NCBI GenBank assembly: GCA_037447605.1
Contig: CM074806.1
Coordinates: 2,728,001-2,792,000, forward strand
Reading direction: 5' to 3'
From: Zygnema circumcarinatum SAG 698-1b
Lineage: Eukaryota; Plantae; Zygnematophyceae
Length of the DNA: 64,000 nucleotides
Below, one piece after another: positions 21,401 to 34,860 of the stretch. Numbering within the stretch: the stretch's first letter is position 1; each line of letters begins with the position of its first letter. The translations under genes were made by a program, and so were the position numbers. The notes beneath the pieces were generated by a model. The model made no database searches. It saw only the letters and a program-made list of their open reading frames with translations, and had not been told where the DNA came from.

Positions 21401-24400
21401 ATACAGTCCTCAATGGCCGCTCGGAAGTATGGATTCGTGGCTCCTTCAATCGCTGGGCGCACCGAAATGGCTGCTTTCTGCCGCAACGGATGCAACCATC
21501 GGCTTCTTCCACACATTTGCAAGCTACAAGTAATGTTCAATGCCACCTGGTGACATAGTCTGTTGATCATGTGCATGTTATTATCGCTTCCACTGTTCAT
21601 ATATATGCTTAATGCGTGCGATAAGTTTTGAGGAGAGCAGAGGAGGGGGCTCCTACCCTTCAGATGTTTGCTCTGATGCTCAGGATGGTTGAGCATCCTC
21701 GTTGACCGTTTCTGAAAGTAGGAAACGGGAGGGATGTACTCGATTTAGCTAGTCTTTTGTTGTTGCTCATCACAAGTTTGTAAAGGTCTCATATGGGAGG
21801 GCTGTGGGGTACGGTGCAGTTGACGTACCGCTTGATGCTTACTGCATGGACTTCGTGTTCTCTGACAATGGCGACGGAGAAGGTGGCACATATGACAACA
21901 AGGGCGGCCTTGACTATCATGTCCCGGTGGTTGGGGGCACTGTCCAGGCACCTCCCTTGCAGGTGGTACATATTGCGTTGGAAATGGCGCCCATAGCAAA
22001 GGTGCAGTATCCTTCCCCCTCTCTTTTCTCTTGCTCGCTCAGCCACTTTGCTCTTGGCTTTAATCCGGCTCTTCTCTCGTTTGGCTCGTGGCTTTCCTGC
22101 ATTAAGCGTTGTCGTGACGGTACTGAATTTTCACTATCACAAAAGGGCGCGTGCAGCAATAAAGCTTAGGGTTGATTGAGATGCAGGTTGGAGGCCTTGG
22201 TGACGTGGTTACAAGCCTGTCGCGTGCAGTCCTGGAGGTTGGCCACCAGGTGGAAGTGGTGCTGCCCAAATACGACTGCTTAAACTACGGTCTGGTGAGC
22301 ACTGAGATACCGCTATTGTACAAAGATTGCCGTAAAGGTCAAGCCAAACAGAGACCTTTGGGAGTGAAGGGGAATGGCTTGCATCTATACAAAGCAGCAA
22401 TAAGCTGCTTATCTGACTTCGCCATTTTCCATTTGCTTTATCTGCAGTTGCTAATTGTGAACTTTATGTGTCATTCGTTCCATTTTTGTAGGTCGATAAC
22501 TTAGAGGAGGGCTTAGCCTTTCACTTTGGAGGCACACGGGTTCGCGTATGGCATGGCATTGTGGAGGGTGTGCCTGTCAGCTTCCTCGAGCCGGAGAGCG
22601 GGTGCGACATCCCTATTCCCACTTCTTGTGGGTGATTTGCTGACAACCTCTGCTGAAGCAGTTGGCTCAGCTATCGATCTGTGTATTGGGGATGGCCGCA
22701 GGATCTTTTGGGTAGGCTGCATCTATGGGCGAAAAGATGACGAATCTCGCTTCGGCTTTTTCTGCCATGCAGCATTGGAGTTCCTCCTCCAATCAGGACG
22801 TCGGCCTGTAAGCCTCTGTTCTTGACTTAACAGTTATCTCAAGTACTGTAATGTCTAGCAGCCGAGGTACAGCTGTGGCCAAGTAAAAGCAATATGATCA
22901 CTTAGTACAAAATCACTGACATCATCTGCAGCAATGCTAGAGCTCCCTGGGAAATGATTTAGCAGACCTACTTTTTTTCGAAGTGCAAGAGAAGGTATAA
23001 ATGATCAAACCAAATTGAAACCATTTTCTCGACGAGAGGTTAAAAATGACACATAAATGAAGGTTGCAGGGAACTGCCTCTAGATGCTGGAGTCATTTAT
23101 CTGTTACACCCTCCTTGTCCCCTTGTTAATCCTCGATATTGTCCGCATCATCAGTCTCTTGAATCCCTTTTATACAGCTTATGAATCCTTAGATCCCCGA
23201 AACCTGTATGGCCATAAGCATGGTGGTATGGCATCAAACTGCTTGACTCAGTGCAGAAGTTTGAAGGAGCAGTTGTGGCGTCATTCCTCATCATATGGGG
23301 GTGGAGGGGTCGGTGACAGGACATTATCCACTGCCACGATTGGTCATCTGCGCCGGCTGTCTGGATATTTTCTGAGCAATACCGGCAGTACGGTCTGGCA
23401 AATGCTCGCAGTGTATTCACCATTCACAATTTGGAGTTTGGGCAGGCCTCCATCGGGAGGGCCATGGCTGCTTGTGACAAAGCTACCACGGTGAGTGATG
23501 CAGGAGGTGCTTAAATGTTCCTTCTTTCACAATTCGTCTTCGTCATACTACCGATCACCCTTCTTTTGCAAGGATTGACTAGCAAAGTTTCGTCTGAGCA
23601 AGTGCAGGTATCTCCAACCTATGCTCATGAGGTAGCTGGCCATGGAGCCATCTCGCCACATTTGGGGAAGTTCTATGGCATTCTGAACGGCATCGACCCT
23701 GACATCTGGGACCCCCTAGGCGATCCCTTCATTCCGGTAATGATGAGTAGTGTGCTTAAACTAATATCTGTTACTGATGCTAGCAGCGAAGAGTCAACTT
23801 CAACCACTTGCCACGCTGACCCTTCCAAGCATTGTTTTGTCTTGCAGTTGCGATTTGAAGCTGATGATGTCGTGGAAGGGAAACGAGCAGCGAAAGAAGA
23901 GCTGCAAAACAGACTCGGGCTATGCAGGGAAGATCGGCCACTTCTTGGAATTGTGACGCGGCTGACGGCGCAGAAGGGCATCCATCTCATCAAAGCCGCA
24001 ATTTGGCGCATACTTGAGCGGGGTGGCCAGGTGCGCTCTTCCTCTTCCTGCATCCGCCACTTTCCCCCTTTCCTTGCCTTCCTTGCCAGGTTGTGGAAAC
24101 CTGAAACAAGCCTCTGTATTCGCAGTAAGCTGTGTGTGAGTTTAACGATGGTCAAGTGTTTCTGCACTCGTGGCAGGTGGTGCTATTGGGTTCGGCCCCT
24201 GATAGCCGTGTGCAAGCTGACTTCCAGAACATGGCAGCACAGCTCAGCAGGACACATGGAGACCGTGCTCGCCTATGGCTGTCGTATGATGAACCGCTGT
24301 CACATCTTGTACTTGCACTGCCCCCACACTCTTTCAGTCTGAGTGTCTGAACACTGTCTTTCTGCTGATTCTATTCAGTTCTATTTGTATTTATGTGAAT

Positions 24401-25137
24401 GTGTCAATCAAAATCATTCATTGGCATGTGGGTTTCTTGCTGGAACGAGAGTGATAGAGAGCTTTAATAGACGGAGATGCTGAAGTTTACAGGGGAGGAG
24501 GGTGCCCTCAGATCTATGCCGGAGCGGACATGATTTTAGTACCATCCATATTTGAGCCATGTGGGCTGACACAGATGATAGCCATGCGCTATGGAGCCAT
24601 TCCGGTGGTCAGAAAGACGGGAGGTGAGGTTCAGGCGGCAGAGATTATTTGGACCATTGCTTGGAAACCTGTTCATTAGTCTGCAACTGCTAGTGATATA
24701 TATCCGTTCATTGGAATGGCAGCCTGACAATGTTCTGTATGAACAATGCATGCAGGGTTGAATGATACGGTGTTCGATGTAGACAATGACAAAGACCGTG
24801 CACAGGCATCGGGAATGGAAGTGAATGGATTCAATTTTGAAGGAGCTGATGCGGCAGGCTTAGACTACGCTCTCAACAGGTAGGCCGGAAAACGAGGGGA
24901 TTTTGGATGGTATTGGTGAGGTGCAGAAGCAAGTAGGTGCTGTTATGTTAGGTCGAAGTTGTTAGGTGATGCAGCTGCCAACATCCATGGGGTTGCCCTC
25001 TGTGCAGGGCTATTAGTGCGTGGTATGAAGGTCGGGAGTGGTGGAACGGTTTGGCTGCACGGGTCATGAGGCAGGACTGGTCATGGAACAGGCCGGCACT
25101 CGACTACATCGAACTATACTATGGGGCGCGCAAGTAG
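18438..25137 (+). CDS. SS3: Soluble starch synthase III (three CBM53 starch-binding repeats + GT5 domain), about 15 exons
   Basis: Transit-like exon 18438-18560. Long exon 18843-20256 with [10 protein letters not shown] and [11 protein letters not shown]; third [15 protein letters not shown]. Catalytic motifs [71 protein letters not shown]. Last exon ends [20 protein letters not shown] at 25137. Confidence 0.96.
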
Positions 25138-26034
25138 AGGTTTTATTTTCAAAGGTGTTGTTATACTGGAGCTGGAGAGCTGAGGAGTGCCTGTGATATT
25201 TTGCCTGCCTTCCGTTTTTTGGCAGTGCTGCTAAATGGCTGCTCCGCAACATTCGCAGCAGAAGTGGTCATGTGATCTGGCGATCACACCCGAGAGGCAG
25301 TCATCGACCGGTCTTACTGTGTACATGAAGGGTTTCCGCAGTTGAAGGTGGGCACTGTGCAGGTCCAGGGAGCAGCAGAAGTCGGTGAAGGAGCGGATTT
25401 TGGCATTGCATGGCAAATAAGCGGCAGCAAGCTGCACTGCTCTCTAGGGCCTAAGGTCGTAATATGTGGAAGTCCTCCAGAAAACCTGGACAGGTTTTTT
25501 ATTGTTAGTTCGCAAGTGGCTGTGCGCCTTCCCTTGGGGGAAAGTGAAAGCTAGCAGGCGGTCTTCCGCTGTTGAGGGATTCGCCTTCAAGCTTTTTGGA
25601 AAGTTGTATGGGAAGGCGAAGCCTAGGGTCATTTAGCCACCATTTATCTGTTTGTCAGTTGTGTATGCTTAGGCTTTATAGGAAAAAAGAAGTTAGCTCT
25701 CGGTGTTTTAAGTCTTCTCGCTGACGAATGACTACCACGCAAATGGTTCACACGGAATCAGTAGAGTTTGTTTGTCTTTTGGAAAAGGGTGGATGTGCAC
25801 TGTGCCGAGAATTGCGTCTGCGAGGCCTTTCGAATCCGATGTTGTACTGGTGCACATTCAATTTGAAAGTAACCGACATCTATAAGGTTGCAACCAGCGA
25901 ACTGGGGCTTGGCACTCATTACACGCCATAACTGACCCTCGCCAACAGCATCCAACTCACTTAAATTTCTGTTCCTACTTCGCTGAAAGGATCATCACTT
26001 TCTCCGCTTTGTACTATAAAACCTCAAAGACTTG

Positions 26035-26631
26035 CACAGTTCGGACCAGTGGATCGGCAACCATTGGACAACCATTGGATGGCAATGGTTGGACGTCTAC
26101 TGGTCGGCAACCAGTCGAATGGTTGTTTCGATCCGGCGGCACTGGTTGGCAACCAGTCGACTGGTTGTGAACCAGTGGCATCCACTGGTTGGCAACCAGT
26201 CGAATGGTTGTTTCGATCCGGCAGCACTGGTTGGCAACCAGTCGAATGGTTATATCCATTAAATCAAATGGTTGGCAACCATTGGATCACTGGTTCCGAA
26301 CCAGTCGAATGGTTGTTTCAGTCCTGCGCCACTGGTTCGCAACCAGTCGACTGGTTTGGAACCAGTGGATGCCACTGGTTGGCAACCAGTCGAATGGTTG
26401 TTTCGGTCCGCAACCACTGGTTGGCAACCAGTCGAATGGTTGTTTCGGTCCGCAACCACTGGTTGGCAACCAGTCGACTGGTTTGGAACCAGTGGATGCC
26501 ACTGGTTGGCAACCAGTCGAATGGTTGTTTCGATCCGCAACCACTGGTTGGCAACCAGTCGAATGGTTGTTTCGGTCCGCAACCACTGGTTGCCAACCAG
26601 TCTACTGGTTTGTCTAATGGTCCGATCTGTG
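26035..26631 (+). mobile_element. Non-autonomous TIR DNA transposon (597 bp), copy 1, with internal palindrome array
   Basis: Termini CACAGTTCGGACCA / TGGTCCGATCTGTG (13/14 inverted match); 8-bp TSD AAGACTTG at 26027-26034 and 26632-26639; 16 ACTGGTT-NNN-AACCAGT-type palindromes inside. Confidence 0.92.
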
Positions 26632-27155
26632 AAGACTTGTAAGTGGCTTTGCTTCGCCACCGCTAGTTTTGCAACAAGTCAGTTTAAAAAAAAAAAAAAA
26701 AAATCAAAGGCTTTGATAGTTTTAGAAGTTTTTGATAAGCATGATCGGAAGCATGAAGAAAATCATCAGGACTTGAAAAAAGAAAAAAGAGCTACCTCAG
26801 TATATCGCCACATGGACGATATATAGATACATATCGATTCGGATTTGCAATATCGATATCTTTCGATATTTGGCGTCTGGCTCGGTCTGCCGACGAGCTT
26901 TGAGCTGTCAGTCGCGAGGCCGCCTTTCCCTTCCCGCCGCTCTTGGAGGGGCTCTGATTTGCTGCCTCCCACGCACCTCCTGCTGCTCTCCCACTCTTCC
27001 CCTTTCTCGCCGGCCTGTACCAATTGCCATCTTTCTCTTCTGAGTGAATTTATTGCTTTATATCTCCTTATCTCTACTTTGGATGGCAGACATACTTCCA
27101 AAACTTCGTCGGTGGTACCAAGTGTCAGGCAGCTAAAGAATAAGAAACGGAGCTT

Positions 27156-30100
27156 ATGGTGACAAATCGACAGAATATGGCGAAGGGAGGAGGAGACGGA
27201 GGGGCTCCAGGAGGACACCTCAATGGAGAGGCTGGAAATTCAGCGACTTTACCTTCGTCTCCCAACTTAACACTACCTCATTCAAGACGACGTCGAAGGA
27301 AAAGCAGCGAAGAACAAATGGTTAGCGGTGTAAACAATTCTGTTTCATTCCCTTTTTCATAATTCAGAAAAAATTGACCGAAAAGTTGTTGCTTGCTTAG
27401 TGAATTGGCGTTGGGAGAGGCGGGGTTTGCAGTCTGGAACAAACGGAAATGCAAGTGCAGAAGGGGGGAAGAGGGCGGAAAACTTGCGGCAGCGGTATCG
27501 CAGCATGTGGACCCGAACGCGCTCGACTTTTTATATGTTGACTGGTTTTGCAGCAATTGTTTATGCAGGCCATGTCTTCATCTGGTTGCTCATCATTGCT
27601 CTGCAGTTTTTTATGGTTCGCGAACTTTTCGCGCTTGCCAACCGCGCTCAGCGTCATAGGCATCACTTACCAGGCTTCACTGTTCTTAATTGGTGAGGCA
27701 TTGCACTGCTTTCTTGGGGGGAAGAAGTGGGAGACAGAGGGTGCCTGTGATTGGTATGTGTATCGAAAGGAAAGAACTCCTTGTTTTGTTTTGAAAGGAC
27801 GTTGTTTCTCTTGGAAATGTGGTTTCTTTGTCCGAAAACCAGTTAGCCTCATTGGAATGCTTTCTGAAAAGCCGGGATTGGATCTATCAAGCGTGCTTGA
27901 ATAAGTTGCTTAGGATGTTTTTTTTTCACCAATTAGCTCCGTTTCTTTATCTTTGGCGCATTCAATTCAAATGCTTTTTTGCGCGTCTGAGTTTAGCTTA
28001 GTGTATAATTTAGAAACCCGGACACTGTTGAGCAACTGATGAGCCTGGTATTATTCAGTGGTCTCCCGACGACCGCTTCAACTGCAAGCGACATTTGTTG
28101 GAGTGTTGTTCAATCAACCAATTGTTTGGAAAACATAAAAGTTTCAGCTGTCCTACAGTTCAGCTTAGAACGTTGCAGTTCGTTTCAACTTTGTTTAGAG
28201 CAATGGGGCCTACTTGGGGTTCATCTCTGGGCCTTTTTGGATTGACCCTTGTCTTCAATATACACCTGGTTTTTTTATTTGTTTCATTCATGCTAGAACC
28301 GACCTCGCCTTTTGAAGTTTCCTTTCAGATTTAGTGATTCGTGGTAGATCCTTTTTTGCAGTTCCGAAAGGTGTGTTTGATTTTTGCTTGGTTAAAGCTC
28401 ACCCGAAGCGTACTCGTCTCCCTTTCTGTCTGATAGTAACTCATTGGGGAAACTTGAGATTTTCAATCGTCAGAATTTCCCTTCCCTTCCCTTCCGACTT
28501 TGGCCTTCCAGAACCATTGAGTTTGTTAGGAGTCTTTTTTGCAGTTTTTATTCACGTCAGTCTTGATGGTTTGAGCTGCCTTTGCAGAGCAGTACATAGG
28601 AGCACTTATGATGGGAAAATGTGTGCAGGCACTTTTTTTTCACTTCTATGTTGTATGTGTACGGCCGCTTTATGCACAAGCAGCTCATGGTCTCCTTCAC
28701 ATCAAGTCCCCCCCACGCCTCCGTCCGCCTGCTTGCTGCCGGCCTTATTCGCTACCATCCCCTTCTCTGCTATACTCTTTACATTTCTGGTGCGTCCTGA
28801 CCTCTGCGAAAAACTTATTTTTGGCTTTATGCGGCATGTTGGAAAGGATGATTTCTCTATTTCTTGTGGGTAATTGTGTCTGAAGGCCAGTGTTTTGTTC
28901 TTGACCTTTTGGAGGGAGGAGGCATCTGCAGGTTTCGTATGGTTCATATTGAGTTTGCGGAAGGGTATGTATCAGTACCAATTTGGACAGTACGCATGGA
29001 CTCATATGATACTTTTTGTTGTCTTTTTCCAATCGTCGTTCTTCGTCTACAACGTGTTTCAGGGGATCATTTGGTGAGCTCTCTCTGATTTAAGCGTCAA
29101 TTCTGCCTCAGCTAAGCAAAGTGAGGGAATTTTCAGATGTGAAGGAGGGAATTTGGAGTTGTTTTTCGTGTTCCTCTCGTTTCTGGCAATGTTAAAGCGA
29201 GCAATTGACTTGGGAAAGTGCTGTACCATTTAACAATCTATAGTTCTGCCTCAGTTTCTGACCTTGACCTCTTTGAAACTCTGCATATCAGGTTCCTTCT
29301 TCCCTGCTCCCTCATCATCATCAACGATTGTGCTGCATATCTTTTCGGCTTTTACTTCGGCCGGACTCCCTTGATTAAACTGTCACCCAAAAAGACTTGG
29401 GAAGGCTTTTTGGGAGCATCGGGAACAACGATTATTTCCGCTTTTTTGGTAAGTCTACTGTTCTTCAACCCAAAAAAGTTGAACTGGCATCAAATAGCCA
29501 TTTCTGTATGTTCCTTGATGAGTAGGGGGGAGAAGGAGATAGGCACAATTTACATAAAACTGAACATTTATGTCCAAGTTCAACGTTCATTTTGATAATT
29601 CTATGTGATTTTTTCTGTTGGAGGTATCCGGTTTCATTCAAAAAAATGTTGTGCTGTGTGGGACAGCTGGCAGGATACATGGGGCAGTTTGAATGGTTAA
29701 CCTGCCCACGGAAGGTGCACCATAACTTCGCACCCCTTTCCACTTTTGTTCAAAAGCGCAATTGAGAAAGAAAATTAGATGCATATGGTAGTCTCATAGA
29801 AAGGAGAAGATGTGTGGATGGAAGGAGGAATGGAGAGGAAACATGAGAGCAACTGAAGCGAATGCTCCTCTTACTTCAAAGCGAGTGGTGAGAGCAGGAT
29901 TTGAGCATCGGCGCGCTGCATTGCGATCCGGGGCCCATGTTCGAGCCGCGTACATTCCCGCTGCCTTTCTCCTATGTTGCTACAGCTCTGGGATTTTCAC
30001 AGGTGCCTTTTTTCCCCACCGAATCGTGGCCTCTCTCTATCCCACTCCCTCTCTCTATATTTGCTTTCTTCTGCCCTGTCTCTTCCTCTCTTGATATGTG

Positions 30101-30928
30101 AGTGTAAGGGGAGCCTGCAGACGACGGTGCAGATGATGCCGGTTCAGAGGCATGCGCTCGTGTTCGGCCTCTTTGCATCCAGCATCGCTCCCTTCGGGGG
30201 CTTCTTTGCTTCTGGCTTTAAACGCGCCTTCAAGATCAAGGTTGGGACGAGGGGAAGGGGATATTGTGTGTGGAAAGGAAGGAGAGAGTTGAGAGATTGC
30301 AGTCTCAATTGGAAGCCAGGCTAGCAACAAATGGTGGGTGCTTACGTGTGGGGGAAATCTCTCTTCGTATTCACTTTTACAGTATGGTTGATTTCATTCA
30401 TGCAGGACTTTGGAGACAGCATTCCTGGACATGGGGGCATCACTGACCGAATGGACTGTCAGGTGAGGACAGCAGAGAAAAGTGACAGATTTGGAATGGC
30501 CTTGCGCACTAAGCATATGCAATAAAAGGATTCACATTTATTGATGATTCTCATGTGTTTTTCAAATGCATGCAATCAGGAAACAGGATGTTCTATATGT
30601 ATGAGCTGAGATGGGTTGGTGGAGGACAGATGGTGATGGCGGTGTTTGCATACATCTACTACCAATCCTTCATAGCGCAGTACAGCTCATCAGTGGACCA
30701 TGTGCTCTCGAAGGCACGTTCTCTTTGTCCTTTCACTATCAGTTTTCTGGTTGCTATCAAACCCCATATGGGCATTTATGCTCGTAGGGACTCCTCTCCC
30801 TCCTGTGTTGTTCGTTGACTTTGCAACGTCTTGTTGTGCAGGCGATGGCTCTGGATGAAATGCAGCTGCTTGAACTTTACCACCGTATCGGCCATGTCCT
30901 CAGTGCACGGGGCGTCCTGCCGCCGTGA
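27156..30928 (+). CDS. CDS1: Phosphatidate cytidylyltransferase (CDP-DAG synthase, CDS1/2-type), multi-exon
   Basis: Exons [22 protein letters not shown]; [33 protein letters not shown]; [23 protein letters not shown]; [19 protein letters not shown]; stop TGA 30926-30928. The start could be 27156 or 27177. Confidence 0.93.
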
Positions 30929-32131
30929 CTGTGGCTCGCCTGCTTTGTGCTCTGCTAAGGAGACACTTCTCTGCAAGATAGGAAGATTCCAACTGCGAAG
31001 AAGTGCGTCTTGACAGAAAGTGAACTTGGAGCTCTGTGCAGTAGAAAAGCGTCTCCCTTCCGTCTATTGAACGGATTGTGCGTTCTCACTGGGATTCGTG
31101 CTTATGGGAGCTGTAGATAGAAGTGTCAGTCGATGGAGCACTTGTATTAACGAAGCTGTACATGTTTAGGGCTAGGGAGATTCCTGTGTTGGGCACATAA
31201 GAAGAGCAAACTCGTCCCCATTGACGACATGTCGCAACAAGGTTAACATATGGCGTTGTTTGCGCCTCGTGTGCTTTTCAAATGGCAGTCGATGGGCATC
31301 TGGTGAAGCTGTCAGGTCACACGGGCGATTATGTGCAACAAACGACTTGCCTGCCTGTGCTTGCGATGCTCCTGCGGTAGTCAATGCCCCGCGCCTTTCA
31401 CAACCGGCGCTTGCCGATGTCCGCCAGGACACTCAAATTGTCGCCAGCGCGAGCCATCTTACTTTTTATTAGTTCACTTTTGCCAACTTGTTCATTTCCC
31501 TTGTTTGCCTTCCGCAGTTTTAGCGTCATGGTTATTCTTCCCTTGTGGAGAAAGTGATTTGGCAGTCAGTGATCTCACGATGCCATGAAGTGTGTGCGCA
31601 TGATGCTACACCCCCCCCCCTCCCCCTCGCTGCCCCTCTGAGCTCACCTCTGCCAAAAAGAAAGAAAGAAAGGCCGCCACTGGAACTCGGCCACAAGGGC
31701 CTGCAGTGTGGAGACTCCAAATTATGCCGTACGGTTCCATGCCAACCGTTGCACGGTGCCGCGAGGCGGATTGCCAGCCTGATCCATGACATAGAAACGG
31801 TCGATGTTCAACGACGTGTAGCTGGCCGTCACATGCTTATAACGGAACTGCGAGCATAGAGCGCGAGAGGTTCCTCTCTTGCCCGCCCTGAGTGCATTCC
31901 CCTCCAAAGCTACTCCGGCCTCCGCCCTCATCTCTGTCCGCCCGGCTGAGGCATGCGTGCAGGCGCCAGGGAGTGGCCCGCTGTATGAGTGCTTAACTGT
32001 GGCAAAAGGCCAGAAGCTCTCGTAGTTCCTCTCAACTATTGGATTAGTCTCTCTCTCTCTCTTGTTGAATTTATCTGCGTTTATCCTTTCTCTCCGGTCG
32101 TGCTGGCCGAGGGAGGAGCACATCGCAGATC

Positions 32132-33857
32132 ATGGAGGTGAGTATTTTGAAGAAGTGAGACTCAATGCGGGTATCAATGCGATCTTTTCACCGAATTTTG
32201 AAGCACATGCAAACTAGAGCTGCGTTGGACATATGGCAGGTAGATGGTGTTGTAACGTGCCACTACGGAGGATTTAGGTCTTAGGGGAGGGAATGTGGGA
32301 AAAAAGGTTAGGGAATGAATACCGTATTGAATAATTGCTATATCTATTCACCTTTGCTGTGGTGGATAGGCGTCGGCCCCCCTCGTGAAGAACATCCTGC
32401 TATTAGATCTGGAGGGCAAACGGGTTGCGGTGAAATACTTCTCAGACGACTGGCCGACTTTAGCAACAAAACTTGCCTTCGAAAAGTCTATTTTTAACAA
32501 GACAAGTCGCACAAATGCCCGAACAGAGGGTATGGCGTCCTGTTCCTTCCGATGATCTTCTTTCTTTTGAGGAGAATGTTGCCTGCCTCCCTTTTTAGGC
32601 TGGTTTGCTGGTGTACTTTCACAGACAAGCTTTTCCAGAGCTGCATGAGGCATACAGCTTGGCTACATTCTCAAAGGCCTTTTGAAGATCATGTCCAAGT
32701 AGCTGGAGCTGACAATGACTTGGGAGGGCATACAGCGGAGATCGGCATGTTTGATGGCGTCATTGTGGTGTATCGATTCACAGCGGATCTTCACTTCTAT
32801 GTTACCGGGGGCGATGACGAGAATGAACTTATTTTGTCGACAGTGTTGACTGCATTTTTTGATGCAGTGAACGTTCTTTTACGGTATGTAGTTGATGTGG
32901 TTTTTTGTCATGTTTATTCAACAAAAAATTCCATCCGTTTTCTGAAATGCTATGCCAAAATTGCTTTAGGGTTGCTTCAGGTTCAGCGCCAGCTTATGCT
33001 TTACGGTGGCTGCACTCCTTGTGTGAAATGCAGGCTGCTATTGAAATGTGCTGACATGGTTATGGCCAATTTCATTTCTTTGGCATGCGCTGACTATTCT
33101 AACGGCAATTCATTTGCAATCCTGCGATAAGTTGCCTAGTACTTGGAAAAATTCTACAGTGGATTATTTTCTGATTGCGTGATTGGGCTGCAGTGGAAGC
33201 GTGGACAAGAAGACTGTCCTGGAGAACCTTGATCTTATTCTTCTTTGCTTGGACGAGATTGTGGATGGCGGGTTCGTTCAATACACCTTCTCATTGTACA
33301 GATTAGGTCTTCTGTTGCAGACAGCAATAGTGTCAGACCCATAGTCTAAGGTGGACAAAGAGGTCGAAGTAAGGAGAGTTCTCGATGGCTTTGTTTGCAA
33401 CTTCAGCAGTGGCAGAGCTTGAGTCAACATTACGTGAGTGCCTGAGCGGGCTCTGTGGGAGTGGGCTGCCGGCTTTGCAGTGTCATATTGGAGATGGAAC
33501 CAAATGTGATTGCCAGCCGAGTAGCTATGCGTGGGGCAGACTCTGACTTACCATTGTCTGAACAAGTAAGCTGGGCTGAAACCTATTTCTCATCTTCAAG
33601 TTCATGCACCTTGTCATTGCTTACCGCATTGTCATACTTGTCAAGCTTGGATACCGCTACGCCCTTAGTTTAACTTCTAGATCAAGTGATGGCCTGATGA
33701 TAGTTTCAGATTGTAAATGGGCCTGCTCCACTATTGAGGCTGCACCACCTCTTTCTACTAACAAGACGAGTGTTTCTGGCTGTGTCTGATGTTGCAGACA
33801 ATTTCGCAAGCCTTAGCAACAGCCAAGGAGCACATAGCTCGCTCACTTCTTAAATAA
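32132..33857 (+). CDS. COPZ1: Coatomer subunit zeta (zeta-COP)
   Basis: Exon 1 ME (32132-32137), then [62 protein letters not shown], final [19 protein letters not shown] (TAA 33855-33857). Confidence 0.94.
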
Positions 33858-34860
33858 GGGACGGGACTGGTTAGTTGAGCGCACCTCCTTGAGACCATGC
33901 TTTCAACATTCGACAAATCTCTTCCTCCGCCTTGAACCTCGCAATTGCAGGTTTTTGCAATTTTTCAAGCCATGCGGGACCTTCCCTTATTATGAGGAGG
34001 GCCTGCCCCTGTGTTAGTGAAGTACCCCTGGAGCGGCATCACCATTGTCTGGAGGATGCCATTTTATTACGGCAGTGTGGGGCCATGTCTTGCTGGAACG
34101 AGCGGTGGGAGGTGGAGCACTGCTGGGCGGGAGAGGGGGGGCGGAGGTAGAGTTTGGCCGCCGGTATCATTAGCTGAAACTCGCTTTTGTCACGTGAATT
34201 TTGCAATGTAGTTGAATCTGACGATCAGGTACTGTTGCTGGCAATTTTTTGAGAAGCTCCAAAACACAATCGATTTCTCTTGGATAGGTTCAACTTTGTC
34301 ATATTGTGGTCGTATTTCATTGAGCAGTCTTGAGAGACAAAGCAACGTAAGGAATCGGACTCTTAACAGTGAGGCGCTTGTTGATGTCAGGGAAGGCACG
34401 AGGCGTGCCATGCTTTAAATTAACAATCCGTTACAGCGAAATTGTAACGTGACAGTGACAAGTAGCAAAATAGCATGCAGCGTGTTTTGCACGCATTTTC
34501 GCAAAGTTTATTCCAATAGCAGCTCCCTTTGGAGCATCACTGTAAATGTCGACTGAGGACTACAATACTCCAATAAGCGGTTAGAAAATCTCAAATCACT
34601 GAAGCTGCATATAGAGGGAGACATCCTATACAGGTTAAGCTGAAAAGTGAAGGATTCTAGACAAACGAAATATACAATCACATCTCACTCACTCGGAATA
34701 CAGCAAAGTCTACTCATAGTTGCCTGTTTTTCACAAAGCTAAGCAAACGCATAATAAAATTTGAACATCGTTGTTTTGAAGCCACTTCGGCAGAAATCAC
34801 TTCTTGACCTGACCGCGAACACACACACCGGACATGTCCTAGAAATGAGTTCTTGACTGG

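Noticed and set aside
26035-26631. Palindromic repeat array as a CRISPR array
   Set aside because: Spacers are themselves repeated and short, there are no cas genes, the context is eukaryotic, and TIRs plus TSD explain it as a transposon.
26685-26703. Poly(A) run as a retroposon tail
   Set aside because: No SINE/LINE body or TSD recognisable around it.
26014-26826. Many overlapping ORFs in nearly all frames across the palindrome arrays (also 35511-36965)
   Set aside because: The 42-bp unit lacks stop triplets on both strands, so open frames arise automatically; the peptides are repetitive with no known domain.
31170-32123. Possible minus-strand gene head-to-head with COPZ1
   Set aside because: Only short ORFs and one donor-like site; no recognisable protein motifs.
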